Shown here one piece after another: positions 14,626 through 24,429 of a stretch of DNA of 64,000 nt. The DNA lies in the NCBI GenBank assembly GCA_963555825.3, contig CAUVXB020000002.1, positions 160,001 to 224,000 of the forward strand, in the 5' to 3' direction. The first letter of the stretch is position 1. Every line of letters begins with the position of its first letter. This DNA comes from Alphaproteobacteria bacterium. GTDB lineage: Bacteria > Pseudomonadota > Alphaproteobacteria > JAAXGF01. The position numbers were made by a program, and so were the translations under genes. A model generated the notes under the pieces. It was not told the DNA's origin. It ran no database searches and saw only the letters and a program-made list of their open reading frames with translations.

Positions 14626-15556
14626 GAGCCCGGCCGGGAATGAATTGTTTGATTTCAAAGCCTTGCGATCCTTCGTGTGAGGAGTTGGATGCTTGCGATC
14701 ATGAGCCAGGCCTCGGCGCTGGCGATGGTGGCCTCGAAGTCTTTGGCGAGACGGCGGTTGCGACCGAGCCAGGCAAAGGTGCGCTCCACCACCCAACGCC
14801 GGGGCAGGACCTTGAAGCCCGTCACGTCGTCGCTTCGCTTGACGATCTCCAGCGTCCACTGGCCGATCTTTTCCAGCGCCTTGCCGAGTTTCGGTCCGGC
14901 GTAGGCGCCATCGGCGAAGACGTGGCGCAGCCAGGGGAAGGCCCATCGGATCGAGGCGAGCAGCGGCGGCGCGCCGTCGCGGTCCTGGATATGGGCGGCG
15001 TGAACCATGCCGGCGACGAGCCGCCCGCCGGTGTCGGTGAGGATATGGCGCTTGCGCCCCTTAACCAACTTGCCGGCGTCGAACCCGCGCGGGCCGCCGC
15101 TTTCCGTGGTTTTCACCGACTGGCTGTCGATCACACCGGCGGACGGGCTGGCCTCTCGGCCCTCGGCCTCGCGCGCGCGCATGAGCAGCTCGTGGTTGAT
15201 CCCGTTCAGCGTCGCCTCGGTGCGCCAAGCGTAGAAGTACTCCTGGACCGTGCTCTTCGGCGGAAAGTCCTTCGGCAACATCCGCCACTGGCAACCCGTG
15301 CGCGCCATGTACAGGATCGCGTTCACCACCTCGCGCAGGTCCGTCGTTCGCGGGCGTCCCAGCCGTTTGCATGGCGGCAGCAGCGGGCCGATCACGCCCC
15401 ACTCCGCCTCGGTAAGATCGCTTGCATAGCGCAGCCCCTTGCGCTCATATTTGGGTCGAGTGGTCTCGGTCCACATCTTGTGCCTCCATCGCTGTTCAAC
15501 CACAACGAAGGAAACACAAGTGACTGATTCCACTCAACTCTTATTCGGCCGGACTC
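14626..15556 (-). mobile_element. IS5 family element (IS1031-like), 931 bp
   Basis: IRs GAGCCCGGCCG / GAGTCCGGCCG; TAA duplicated on both sides. Confidence 0.9.
14655..15476 (-). CDS. IS5 family transposase
   Basis: YASDLTEAEW, IDSQSVK, KGRKRH, ADGAY, RWVVERTFAW. Confidence 0.95.
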   Translation of the reverse strand: MWTETTRPKYERKGLRYASDLTEAEWGVIGPLLPPCKRLGRPRTTDLREVVNAILYMARTGCQWRMLPKDFPPKSTVQEYFYAWRTEATLNGINHELLMRAREAEGREASPSAGVIDSQSVKTTESGGPRGFDAGKLVKGRKRHILTDTGGRLVAGMVHAAHIQDRDGAPPLLASIRWAFPWLRHVFADGAYAGPKLGKALEKIGQWTLEIVKRSDDVTGFKVLPRRWVVERTFAWLGRNRRLAKDFEATIASAEAWLMIASIQLLTRRIARL

Positions 15557-15786
15557 TAAGACATTTCCGCATTCAAAGCAGAGTTTTTCACGGTTCCACC
15601 GCCGTTCCAACGCGATGGAAGACCTGCTCGTAGTTCGGTTTCAAGGAAACTCTTGCAAACCGGCCCCGGCACGCCGACTCTCGGTGGGATGTCCAAGGTT
15701 TCGATCGGCATGCCCGTATACAATGGCGCCAGCGCTCAGCATCCCGACATGATTGCTGCAGGCCGACGCGGCCGGAAGTCGCCGGC

Positions 15787-16321
15787 ATGAAAGTTTGTTT
15801 CGTCACGACCTCATTCATCCGTTCGTCGGAGGATCACTACGCTCGGTTCGTCTATGAACAGGCCAAGAGCCTGCTTTCTGCAGACGAAAGTACTTCGGTT
15901 GTGGTCGTCGCACCTCACGCGCCCGGTCTGGCCACCAAGGAATTTATCGATGGCTTGGAAATTCAGCGTGCCAAATACTTCTGGCCAACCAGGCTCCAAC
16001 GACTCGCCTACCAGCATGAGGGACTGTTCGAAACAATACGGAACTCGCGACTCGCGACTTTACAGTTGCCGCTGCTTCTCATGGCGATACTGTTCAAGCT
16101 TTGGAGCGCGTCCATGCGTGCGCAGATTATTCATGCCCAATGGGTGCCGACCGCTGCTGTCGCGGTCGTTGTCGGCTGGCTCCGGCGCATTCCGGTCGTC
16201 GTTTCCGTGCGCGGAGCGGATCTGAACACGGCAAGGAACTCCCGTATGGGACGCCTGCTGACCCGCGCCATCATTGACCGGGTGAGTTATGTCGTCACGG
16301 TTAGCGACGAATTCCGGGATC
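15787..16321 (+). pseudogene. GT4 glycosyltransferase, 5' half only (truncated by IS21)
   Basis: MKVCFVTTSF...IIHAQW...VSVRGADL...VTVS; remainder not found in window. Confidence 0.8.
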
Positions 16322-16512
16322 TGTCAATGGCGGAGCAAAAAGGGACCACCTCGGCGGTGTAAGAAGGGACCGCTTGGCGGCTGCGGGCTTGTCCCCGTAG
16401 TCCACGGGAGGGCCCCGCGCGCGACGCGGCGTGCCCTCAACAGGCTGACGCGGCGGCGCGCGCGGGAGGGACCTGTGGGCCCACGGGGTCAAGCGTGGGC
16501 TGGGTGGTCGGT

Positions 16513-17277
16513 TCAGTTAGCAGTCGGGGTTTGACGCCTGCGGCTCTGGTTGAGCCTGTAGCTGTCACCGTTCATCTCGAGGATGTTGACGTGGTGGGTG
16601 AGGCGATCGAGGAGCGCGCCGGTGAGGCGCTCGGAGCCGAACACCTCGGTCCATTCGTCGAAGGGCAGATTGGTGGTGACCAGGGTCGAGCCCCGCTCGT
16701 AGCGTTGGCTGAACACCTCGAACAACAGCTCGGCGCCGGTCTTCGACAGCGGCACGAAGCCGAGTTCGTCGACGATCAGAAGCTTGTAGGTGGCGAGCTT
16801 CTTCTGGAACCTCAGCAGCTGCTTGTCATCGCGGGCCTCGATGAGTTCGTGGACCAGCGCGGCGGCGGTGATGAAGCCGACCGAGAGGCCCTTCTGGCAG
16901 GCCGCCAGGCCGAGACCGAGGGCGATGTGGGTCTTGCCGGTCCCACTGTTGCCGAGCGCGATGAGGTTCTCGCGGCGCTCGATGTACTCGCAGCGGGCCA
17001 GCTCCAGGACCAGCGCCTTGTTGAGCGAGGGGATGACCTTGAAGTCGAAGCTGTCGAGGCTCTTGACCACGGGGAAGCGCGCCGCCTTGATGCGCCGCTC
17101 GACCATGCGGCGCTCGCGGTCGATCAGCTCGAGCTCGGCGAGTCTCAACAGGTAGCGGACGTGATCGACGCCTTCCGAGGCGCACTGCCGGGCGATCTTG
17201 TCGTACTCGCGCAGGAAGGTCGGCAGCTTCAGCGTCTTGAGGTGGTGGGCGAGCAGCACTTGCGGTGTGTCGGTCAT
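16513..17277 (-). CDS. istB: IS21 helper ATPase IstB
   Basis: Walker A GNSGTGKTH, Walker B LIVDELG, LLDRLTHH. Confidence 0.96.
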   Translation of the reverse strand: MTDTPQVLLAHHLKTLKLPTFLREYDKIARQCASEGVDHVRYLLRLAELELIDRERRMVERRIKAARFPVVKSLDSFDFKVIPSLNKALVLELARCEYIERRENLIALGNSGTGKTHIALGLGLAACQKGLSVGFITAAALVHELIEARDDKQLLRFQKKLATYKLLIVDELGFVPLSKTGAELLFEVFSQRYERGSTLVTTNLPFDEWTEVFGSERLTGALLDRLTHHVNILEMNGDSYRLNQSRRRQTPTAN

Positions 17278-18773
17278 GCGCCGAGCCCCGACAGCAGGCT
17301 CATGTACGACTTGGCGGACGTCATCGCGACCCGGGCGCGCGGCAGATACGGATAGACGTCGAGGTTGAGCCTGGGCGGCCGCCGCTCGATGCGGCACAGT
17401 ACCAGGTGCTTCACCGCATCAAAGCCGATTGCGCCGAGCCGCAGGGCGTCGCCGACCGCACCCTCGACCTCCTCGAGCCGGAAGGTCTCCAGTAGACGGA
17501 GCACCTGGACGTACTCGCGCTTGCCTGCCTTGCCCATACGAGCTTCGAGGAGCCGCCGCAGAGTGATGAAGGCCTCGGGCAGGTCCCAGCCCGCCAATGG
17601 CGCGGCCTGGTCGAGGGCGCCGATCTTCTGCTCGATCAAGGGCAGGTAATGCAGCGGGTCGAAGATCAGGTCCTCGCTGTCGTAGGACCGGCGGTGCCGG
17701 GCGATCACCTCGGCCCCGCAGCTGATCACCACCTCATCGACGTAGCCCCGGATGAGCACCTCACGGTGGCCGTAGGCCACGGGCACGGAATAGTCGTTGC
17801 TGCGGTAACGCACCAGCGACAGCGAACTCGCCCGTCCAGGGCGCTTATCGCAGGCATCATAGGGAGCAGGCGGCAATGGCAAGAGAACTTGACGATCCCG
17901 CTCGAGACGCTCGCCGATGGTCTCCTTGTGGCCCCGCAGCCGCGCCGCCTGGCGCCGGCGGCACTGTTCGGCGAGAGCATCGTTGAGGGCCGCGAAGCTC
18001 TCGGCACGCGGGACGGGGACCAGGAAGTTCCGCCGGATGAAGCCGACCAGTCCCTCGACCTTGCCCTTGTCGTTGCCCTTGCCCGGCCGGCCGAACCTGT
18101 CCTCGAACAGATAGTGGGACTGAAGCTCCGTGAAGACGCGCGTTCGCTGCCGCTTCCCATCGCCCAGGATCCGGGCAACCGCCAGCTTGGTGTTGTCGTA
18201 CAGGATGGATCGGGGGACGCCGCCGAAGAAGGCAAACGCCGCGTTGTGGCCATCGCAGAATGCTTCGGTCGTCTCCGCCGGATAGGCCGCAACAAAGCAA
18301 CCATCACTGTGGGGAAGGTCGAAGGCAAGGAAGTGGATCTTCCGTAACGCGCCGCCGATCACCGCCATCGCTTCGCCGAAGTCCGCCTGGGCGTGACCGG
18401 GGGAATGGGAGAGTGGCACGAACACCTCACGCGACCGAAGCCCCTGCTCACGAACGTAGTCCTTCACGATGGTGTAGCCGCCCGTGAAACCGTACTCGTC
18501 CCGGAGGCGGTCGAAGATGCGCTTCGCAGTGTGCCGTTGCTTGCGGTGGCTGGTCCGATCGTCTTCCAAGATCCGATCGATGATTCCCGTGAACGGACCC
18601 AGCTTTGGCCGCCTCGGCGGCGCGCTTCGGCGATACCCTGGCGGCACCGAGAACGACAGCATCTTACGGACCGTCTTGCGGTCTACACCAAACACCCGCG
18701 AGGCCTCGCGGGTGCTCATCCCCTCGACATGACACGCCCGCCGAACCCGTGCGTACAACTCCACCCGATACAT
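17274..18773 (-). CDS. istA: IS21 transposase IstA
   Basis: AQADFG, LYDN, KGKVEG; start ATG 18773 after GGGGGG. Confidence 0.96.
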   Translation of the reverse strand: MYRVELYARVRRACHVEGMSTREASRVFGVDRKTVRKMLSFSVPPGYRRSAPPRRPKLGPFTGIIDRILEDDRTSHRKQRHTAKRIFDRLRDEYGFTGGYTIVKDYVREQGLRSREVFVPLSHSPGHAQADFGEAMAVIGGALRKIHFLAFDLPHSDGCFVAAYPAETTEAFCDGHNAAFAFFGGVPRSILYDNTKLAVARILGDGKRQRTRVFTELQSHYLFEDRFGRPGKGNDKGKVEGLVGFIRRNFLVPVPRAESFAALNDALAEQCRRRQAARLRGHKETIGERLERDRQVLLPLPPAPYDACDKRPGRASSLSLVRYRSNDYSVPVAYGHREVLIRGYVDEVVISCGAEVIARHRRSYDSEDLIFDPLHYLPLIEQKIGALDQAAPLAGWDLPEAFITLRRLLEARMGKAGKREYVQVLRLLETFRLEEVEGAVGDALRLGAIGFDAVKHLVLCRIERRPPRLNLDVYPYLPRARVAMTSAKSYMSLLSGLGA

Positions 18774-18891
18774 CCCCCCCGCCTTCCAGTCAGAGCAACC
18801 CTGACAGAAGGCTATACGCGGTCCCATTTTGGTCCGCCGCAGCCGGATCGACCGGCCGCTTCAGTGGGGGATTATTGCTCTGCCGTTCTCA

Positions 18892-19103
18892 CCATGCGCT
18901 ACGTGGTCAATCTGCGTGCCCTCGGCCTCAATATCCGACGCTGCGCGGCAATCGCACCATAAAAAACGAAGCCAAGGAGAAGCCAAGGATAGGTAATATC
19001 AGGTTTTATCCACCAGCAACGCGGAGACAGGCAAATATTCTTCACCGAACCGCAAAGACCTGTACAAGCACGCCATCGGCCAACAACTTTTTACCGCCCC
19101 GTC
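18892..19103 (+). mobile_element. 3' remnant (212 bp) of the IS1182-like element, truncated by IS21
   Basis: Near-identical to 23635-23846 (one mismatch seen); ends in IR ...TTTTTACCGCCCCGTC. Confidence 0.92.
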
Positions 19104-19224
19104 GAATCTTGTGTACGGCGTTGAATGGATCGAACCATCTCGCCGAGATCATTCGCGGCGTCAAATTCGTAGATGGAGAACGCCAGGATCGCGCCGCCGC
19201 ATGATCAGCCCATACACAACTTTT
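19104..19224 (+). mobile_element. Internally deleted IS256-family mini-element (right IR completed at 23847-23864)
   Basis: Encodes an IS256 transposase C-terminus (LNGSNHLAEIIRGVKFVDG...AAA*); left IR remnant GAATCTTGTGTA; right IR TACACAACTTTT|GACAATAGCTC. Confidence 0.75.
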
Positions 19225-19548
19225 GACGGGGCGGTAAAAAGTCGATTCCTCATGAGAGTCGGCTGGATTATAATTGTGCATGTTTACTTTACGCGACCGA
19301 CGGACTGGGGAATTGTTTGATCGCTGGTCCGATTTCGGGGACAAACGTCGGCGCCTGATGGAGCAATCCTGGGCCGGGGTTTTTCGGAACCATCTGCTTG
19401 TCGAACTTCCGGTTGACGATCTTTGCCGTCACCTTGATGAACGCATGGGCCGACCATCGAAGGATCTACACGTTGTCATCGGGGTCTTGCTTTTGCAGCA
19501 GCTGCACGATCTGAGCGATGCAGAGACCGTCGAGGCCCTGGCCTTCAA

Positions 19549-20926
19549 GAGCTATGTCCGAAAGTTGGTGACGGAGCTATCAGGCGGCGTGTTTGGTTAT
19601 CTTGATTCCGTCCTTGAACGGCACTCCTTCGACGAGTTCGGCGAGTTGATTTGATCCGTCCAGCTTCCGCCATTTCCGCCTGGCACTCAAGATCAGTTTG
19701 AAGGCCATGGCGAGCGCCGTCTTGCGGCTCAGGCACCCCTTGGTCTTCACGGTCCTCAGGCGCACCGTGGCGAAGGTGCTTTCGATGGGGTTGGTGGTGC
19801 GGATGTGCTTCCAGTGCTCGGCCGGGAAGTCGTAGAAGCTCAGCAGGCGTTCACGGTCCTTGACCAGGCGCTCTGCGGCCTTGTGGTATTTTGCGCCGTA
19901 GGCTGCGATGAAGAAGTCGAAGGCGGCTTCGGCGTCGGCCCTAGTCTCGGCCATCCAGATGTCGTGCAGATGGCCCTTGGCTTTGGCCTGCAGGGATTTG
20001 GGCATCTGGTTGAGCACGTTGGCGGTCTTGTGGACCCAGCAACGCTGCACCCTGGTCTCTCCGTAAACCTCGCGTAGCGCCTTCCAGAAGCCCAAGGCGC
20101 CGTCGCCGACGGCCAACTCGGGGCCGGTCTCCAAGCCCCGGCGCTTGAGATCAAGCAGCAGTTCCTTCCAGCTTTGCGCGCTCTCTCGATAACCGTCGAC
20201 CATGCCGACGATGTCCTTGTTGCCCATGGCGTCGGCGCCGATGATCACCAGAACACACTGTTTGTCATGGTCCATGCGAGGCGAGAAGTAGACCCCGTCG
20301 GCCCAAAAATAGACGTAGCGCCGAGCCGAAAGGTCGCGCTTTTGCCAGGCTTCGTATTCGTCCCACCAGACCGCTTTCAGCCGGCCAATGGTGCTGGCCG
20401 TCAGGCCCGGCGCGTCCGGTCCCAGCAGCGCCGCCAGGGCCTCCGAAAAGTCGCCGCTGGAGATGCCCTTCAGATAAAGCCAGGGCAGAAGCGCCTCGAC
20501 CGACTTGGCGCGCCTGAGATAAGGCGGCAGGATCGATGACGTGAAACGGATGCGCCCGCCCGTGGCCTGTGGATCTCGGTCTCGCACTCTTGGCCGCTTC
20601 ACCGTCACAGCTCCGATCCCGGTCTGAACCTCGCGTTCCGGCATGTGCCCGTGACGGACAATACGGCGCCGGCCCGAAGCGTCGGTCAAATCGGCATGGG
20701 CTTCAATATGGGCGGCAACTTCCGCTTCAATCGCCTGGCCAAGCAACTGCCGGGCGCCGGCGCGCAATATCTCCGTCAGCGGATCGTCGGAAAATGACTC
20801 TGGCTGGCGCAACGCAACAACTGTATCGTCTTTCATGGCGTATCCCTTTCTTCGGAAAATTGGCGTCTTCATCAACGCCAGGATACGCCGCCTTCATTCT
20901 CCATCACCAAGATTCAGCTATAGCTC
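19549..20926 (-). mobile_element. IS256 family element (1378 bp, 9-bp TSD)
   Basis: IRs GAGCTATGTCCGAAAGTTGGTGA / GAGCTATAGCTGAATCTTGGTGA; TSD GGCCTTCAA. Confidence 0.95.
19580..20836 (-). CDS. IS256 family transposase
   Basis: WADGV, VGDGALGF, QRCWVHK, RTTNPIESTF. Confidence 0.96.
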   Translation of the reverse strand: MKDDTVVALRQPESFSDDPLTEILRAGARQLLGQAIEAEVAAHIEAHADLTDASGRRRIVRHGHMPEREVQTGIGAVTVKRPRVRDRDPQATGGRIRFTSSILPPYLRRAKSVEALLPWLYLKGISSGDFSEALAALLGPDAPGLTASTIGRLKAVWWDEYEAWQKRDLSARRYVYFWADGVYFSPRMDHDKQCVLVIIGADAMGNKDIVGMVDGYRESAQSWKELLLDLKRRGLETGPELAVGDGALGFWKALREVYGETRVQRCWVHKTANVLNQMPKSLQAKAKGHLHDIWMAETRADAEAAFDFFIAAYGAKYHKAAERLVKDRERLLSFYDFPAEHWKHIRTTNPIESTFATVRLRTVKTKGCLSRKTALAMAFKLILSARRKWRKLDGSNQLAELVEGVPFKDGIKITKHAA

Positions 20927-21029
20927 GGCCTTCAATATGGCGTGGCACTATGCCTTGGACGTGCGCAGCGAAGCGGACAGCTATTTCTGTGAGATGTATC
21001 GCACCCGGTTCCTTGGACACAAGTTTGTC

Positions 21030-21941
21030 TCATGCGGCGGGCCTGAGTGACATCGCGGTGTGCCACGCCTGACGAGCTTGAGCGGGGCTCAGGTAGCCGT
21101 TCTTCTCCACGATCCACTGGGCATTGTACTGTTCGACGAACCCGCGGACGGCGTTCCGCAGCTCCGCGATGTTGCGGTAGATGCGGCCATGGATGATCTG
21201 TTCCTTGAGCGTGCGATTGAACCTCTCGGCGACGCCGTTGGTCTGGGGCTGTTCGACGAAGGCGTAGGACGGCTGGATGCCCCAGAACTTGATCTGGTTG
21301 GTGAAGTGGTCCGACAGATACTGGGAGCCGTGATCCATCCGCAAGGCCAGCCCCCGCGCCGCACCGGCGGAGGTCGAGGCATACAGCCTCGCAAGCCCCA
21401 TGGAGATCGGCTGAAGGGCGGCGAAGCGGTCGCCTCGCTTGCACACATGCCAGCCGACGCACTCGGCGTTCCAATGCTCGATGGCGGTGAATATCCAGCC
21501 CCAGCCGTCGTCCACCGTGAACACCCGAACGCCGTCCGTGCCCCACATGAGGTTGGGGGCATGGGTGATGATCTCACCGACATGGGGATTTCCGCCACGG
21601 CGGCGGCAGCGATGGGGCGAGAGCAGGTTGTTCTCGCGCATCACCCGGAGCCCCCGCTTGCGGGAAACACGGATGCCACGACAGACCCGAAGCCGAGCCC
21701 AGACCTTGCGGTGTCCCTCGCCCTCCCAGGGGGATGCCTCCAGGTCGGCCTCGATGGCCACCAGCAGAGCCTCGTCCGAGATCGAGGGCTTCGGTCCCCG
21801 GCGCTTTGCTGGTGGGCGCTCAGCGGTGGCCTGCTGCCGGGATTTCATGGCGTAGAACGAGGAACGGGCAAAACCCCAGGCCGCACAGACCCGCTGGAGG
21901 CCGTAGGCCAAACCCGTGCCGGGAGAGGTGGCGGCACTCAT
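21030..21941 (-). CDS. IS OrfB transposase (copy 2)
   Basis: Same protein as 11673-12584. Confidence 0.92.
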   Translation of the reverse strand: MSAATSPGTGLAYGLQRVCAAWGFARSSFYAMKSRQQATAERPPAKRRGPKPSISDEALLVAIEADLEASPWEGEGHRKVWARLRVCRGIRVSRKRGLRVMRENNLLSPHRCRRRGGNPHVGEIITHAPNLMWGTDGVRVFTVDDGWGWIFTAIEHWNAECVGWHVCKRGDRFAALQPISMGLARLYASTSAGAARGLALRMDHGSQYLSDHFTNQIKFWGIQPSYAFVEQPQTNGVAERFNRTLKEQIIHGRIYRNIAELRNAVRGFVEQYNAQWIVEKNGYLSPAQARQAWHTAMSLRPAA

Positions 21942-22348
21942 CGCCGCGACCTCCGCCGCCCCAAAGGGCCGGACGTCTCCGTCTTGGCCTCCAGCAGTTC
22001 CACCTGCATGATCAACTCCCCGATCCGCTTCATGGCGATGTCCAGTTCCGCCTTCACCGGATCGCCCTTGCGTTCCTTGAGCGAGGCATCGATCCCGGCG
22101 ATCGCCTTCTCACGCCACTGCTCGAGCCGGAAAATCTCCACGCCCAACTGCCGCGACAAAAGTTCCACCGGCTCGCCACGCAAAAGCCGCAGGGCAACCT
22201 CACGCTTGCGCGTCACCGTCCACCGCTGGCCAAGTCCCAGCGGGCCTGCCGGCGAAACCTGGCCCGGGGAAAACGTGGACGAGCCAAGCTCGCCCTCGTT
22301 TACCACAGGCCCATCAACAGCAACTTTGTTCTCAAAATTGTCGGTCAT
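21938..22348 (-). CDS. IS OrfA (copy 2)
   Basis: Same protein as 11266-11676. Confidence 0.85.
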   Translation of the reverse strand: MTDNFENKVAVDGPVVNEGELGSSTFSPGQVSPAGPLGLGQRWTVTRKREVALRLLRGEPVELLSRQLGVEIFRLEQWREKAIAGIDASLKERKGDPVKAELDIAMKRIGELIMQVELLEAKTETSGPLGRRRSRR

Positions 22349-23865
22349 GTTCCGGTCCTCCTTGGACACTTCGATTAAGCCAATTCTGTGTCCAAGGAAA
22401 TCGGGTCCGACTCACTATTTCTGTGAGAAAACCCTGCGCAACTATCGCCGTCTGTTTATCGAACAAGGTCTCGATGAATTGCTGTTCCGGTGTTTGACGG
22501 ATCGGCTGGTGCAGGGGTTCTCTGTCGATACCAGCCACCAACGCATGGATTCGACGGCCCTTCGTTCGGCAATGCGGGCGCTGACACGACTTGGTATCGT
22601 TGTTGAGAGCATCTCGAAGTTTGCCCGTGAGCTTGAGCGATATCATCCCGGTCTGCACGAGCAGATCAGCAAGGAGGTGATCCGCCGCTATGTCGATCGC
22701 GAGGGTAATGGCGCGTTCGCGAATACGGCGCCGAGTGTTTCAAAACGGCGCCTCGGCGAAGCGGGTCAGTATCTCCTAGCCCTGGTGCTGCAATTCCGTG
22801 ACACGGCGGCGGCAAAGCTTTTCAGTTTTGCGATCCTGGAGAGGGTTCTGCGCGATCAGTTCGAGATCGTTGATGATGAGTATGGCGATCGTGACGCAAC
22901 GCGCGCCGCGATTCGAGATCCAAAGGATGTGCCGTGCGATACCGTCGGCAATCCGGCCGACCCGGACGCGAGCTACAACGCGCACAAGGGTCAAGGATAC
23001 ATGGCGCAGATCGTCGAAACCTATTGTGAAGATGTCAGTAACGAGGCGGTTGCCGCGACACCGGACCTCATCACCCACGTGGAGGTCCACAAGATGACGG
23101 TGCATGACGGCCATCGCTTAGCCGATGCGCTGGATGATCTGAGCGAGCGCGCGCTGACGCCGGCGGTGATGCTGGGTGATTCACATTACGGTTCCAGTGA
23201 CAACATGGCTCTGACGCGCGAACAGAACATCAATCTCGTGGCGCCCGCACGACCGCCGAAAGGCGCCGTCTCGGGACGGTTGACGTTGGAGGATTTCACT
23301 CTCAACGAAGAAGGCTTGGTCTTGCGCTGTCCCAATAACGTCGAACCGGTTTCAGCCTCGCTCGCCAAAGCCAAGCTGCAGGCCCGTTTCGACCTCTCCA
23401 TCTGCCAAAAATGTCCCGATATACTGCGATGTCCCGTGCAGGCGGCCAAGCGTGACGGCCAATTTTCCCGCTTTCAATATACCCCGGCCAGGGCTGCCAA
23501 CCAAAAGCGCCGGCTTTATGAACAAAGCGATGCCTTCCGCAACGTCTACAGATGGCGGGCCGGCATAGAAGCGACCATGTCGCGATTAAAGTACCAGATG
23601 AACCTGGCTCACCTACGCATTCGCGGCATGCCGGCCATGCGCTACGTGGTCAATCTGCGTGCCCTCGGCCTCAATATCCGACGCTGCGCGGCAATCGCAC
23701 CATAAAAAACGAAGCCAAGGAGAAGCCAAGGGTAGGTAATATCAGGTTTTATCCACCAGCAACGCGGAGACAGGCAAATATTCTTCACCGAACCGCAAAG
23801 ACCTGTACAAGCACGCCATCGGCCAACAACTTTTTACCGCCCCGTCAACTTTTGACAATAGCTCC

Positions 23866-24006
23866 AGACCATTTGGAACAGAGCTCAGCCTGCGCTCAGA
23901 GTTCAGGTACTACGTCGTCTGGCCTAAGCGTACAGTACCGGAGTTCGTCGATCACTTTCGAAACTGGGTTTTGGCAGAGTTTTCAAATCAGACCGGGTTC
24001 CGGTGA
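23866..24006 (+). pseudogene. 3' remnant of a LysR (GcvA-type) regulator
   Basis: Manual translation RPFGTELSLRSEFRYYVVWPKRTVPEFVDHFRNWVLAEF...*, typical of a LysR C-terminus. Confidence 0.6.
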
Positions 24007-24429
24007 CGGACTCTACTCAGTTTTGGAGGAAATTATCCTGGGCGTCTAAACCGACCCAGGTGGGTGGTGGGCCCGGCGACGAACGAGCCGACGACCAGCC
24101 CGATCACCATCACGGTGACGACCAGCCAGCTCGCTAGATGATCGGTCGACTTCATGACAAACACAACTACAGCCTGGCGCCCGAAGGGTGTCGTGCCTTC
24201 CCGGCGCCACAAGTTGTCACCCCACGCCAAGGCATTTGGTGCTGGCGTTCCCAGTCGTAGAGGGCCCCGCGTTCACGGTAGCGCCGGTCAGAATCACATG
24301 TTGGTGAGGCTACCCCGATTGCGCCCCACAACCGGCCCGCGGCACGAAATTGACGTTGCATTGGGCGGCGGGGCCGACTAGATCGACAGGGGATCAGCCG
24401 CGCGAAGTGAACAACGAGGGTGAATTTCC

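Larger units (their letters stand above)
16322..18891 (-). mobile_element. IS21 family element, copy 1 (2570 bp, no TSD)
   Basis: Ends TGTCAATGGCGGAGC / GCTCTGCCGTTCTCA; istA-istB; second copy at 49475-52044. Confidence 0.95.
20995..22414 (-). mobile_element. IS3/IS481-like element, copy 2 (inverted, 1420 bp, 14-bp TSD)
   Basis: Reverse complement of 11200-12619; TSD CTATTTCTGTGAGA at 20981-20994 and 22415-22428. Confidence 0.93.
19280..23705 (+). pseudogene. IS1182-like transposase split by IS256 and IS3-like insertions
   Basis: Segments 19280-19548, 20936-20994 and 22429-23705 rejoin in frame (EALAF|NMAWHYALD...SYFCE|KTLRNYR); MDST, GDSHYG, CP..C..CP, YRWRAGIEAT. Confidence 0.88.
19225..23846 (+). 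mobile_element. IS1182-like (DUF772/DDE) element, ~1.8 kb once two nested ISs are removed
   Basis: Perfect 18-bp IR GACGGGGCGGTAAAAAGT; 7-bp TSD AACTTTT at 19218-19224 and 23847-23853. Confidence 0.88.

Noticed and set aside
13555-14946. 463-aa extended GT2
   Set aside because: The extension lies in IS5; the real start is 14550
21060-23705. 881-aa ORF
   Set aside because: Chimera of the antisense frame of the IS3-like copy and the 3' part of the IS1182-like transposase
24033-24155. Possible 40-aa single-TM peptide (MKSTDHLASWLVV...)
   Set aside because: No clear RBS or recognisable family; cannot be supported from sequence alone
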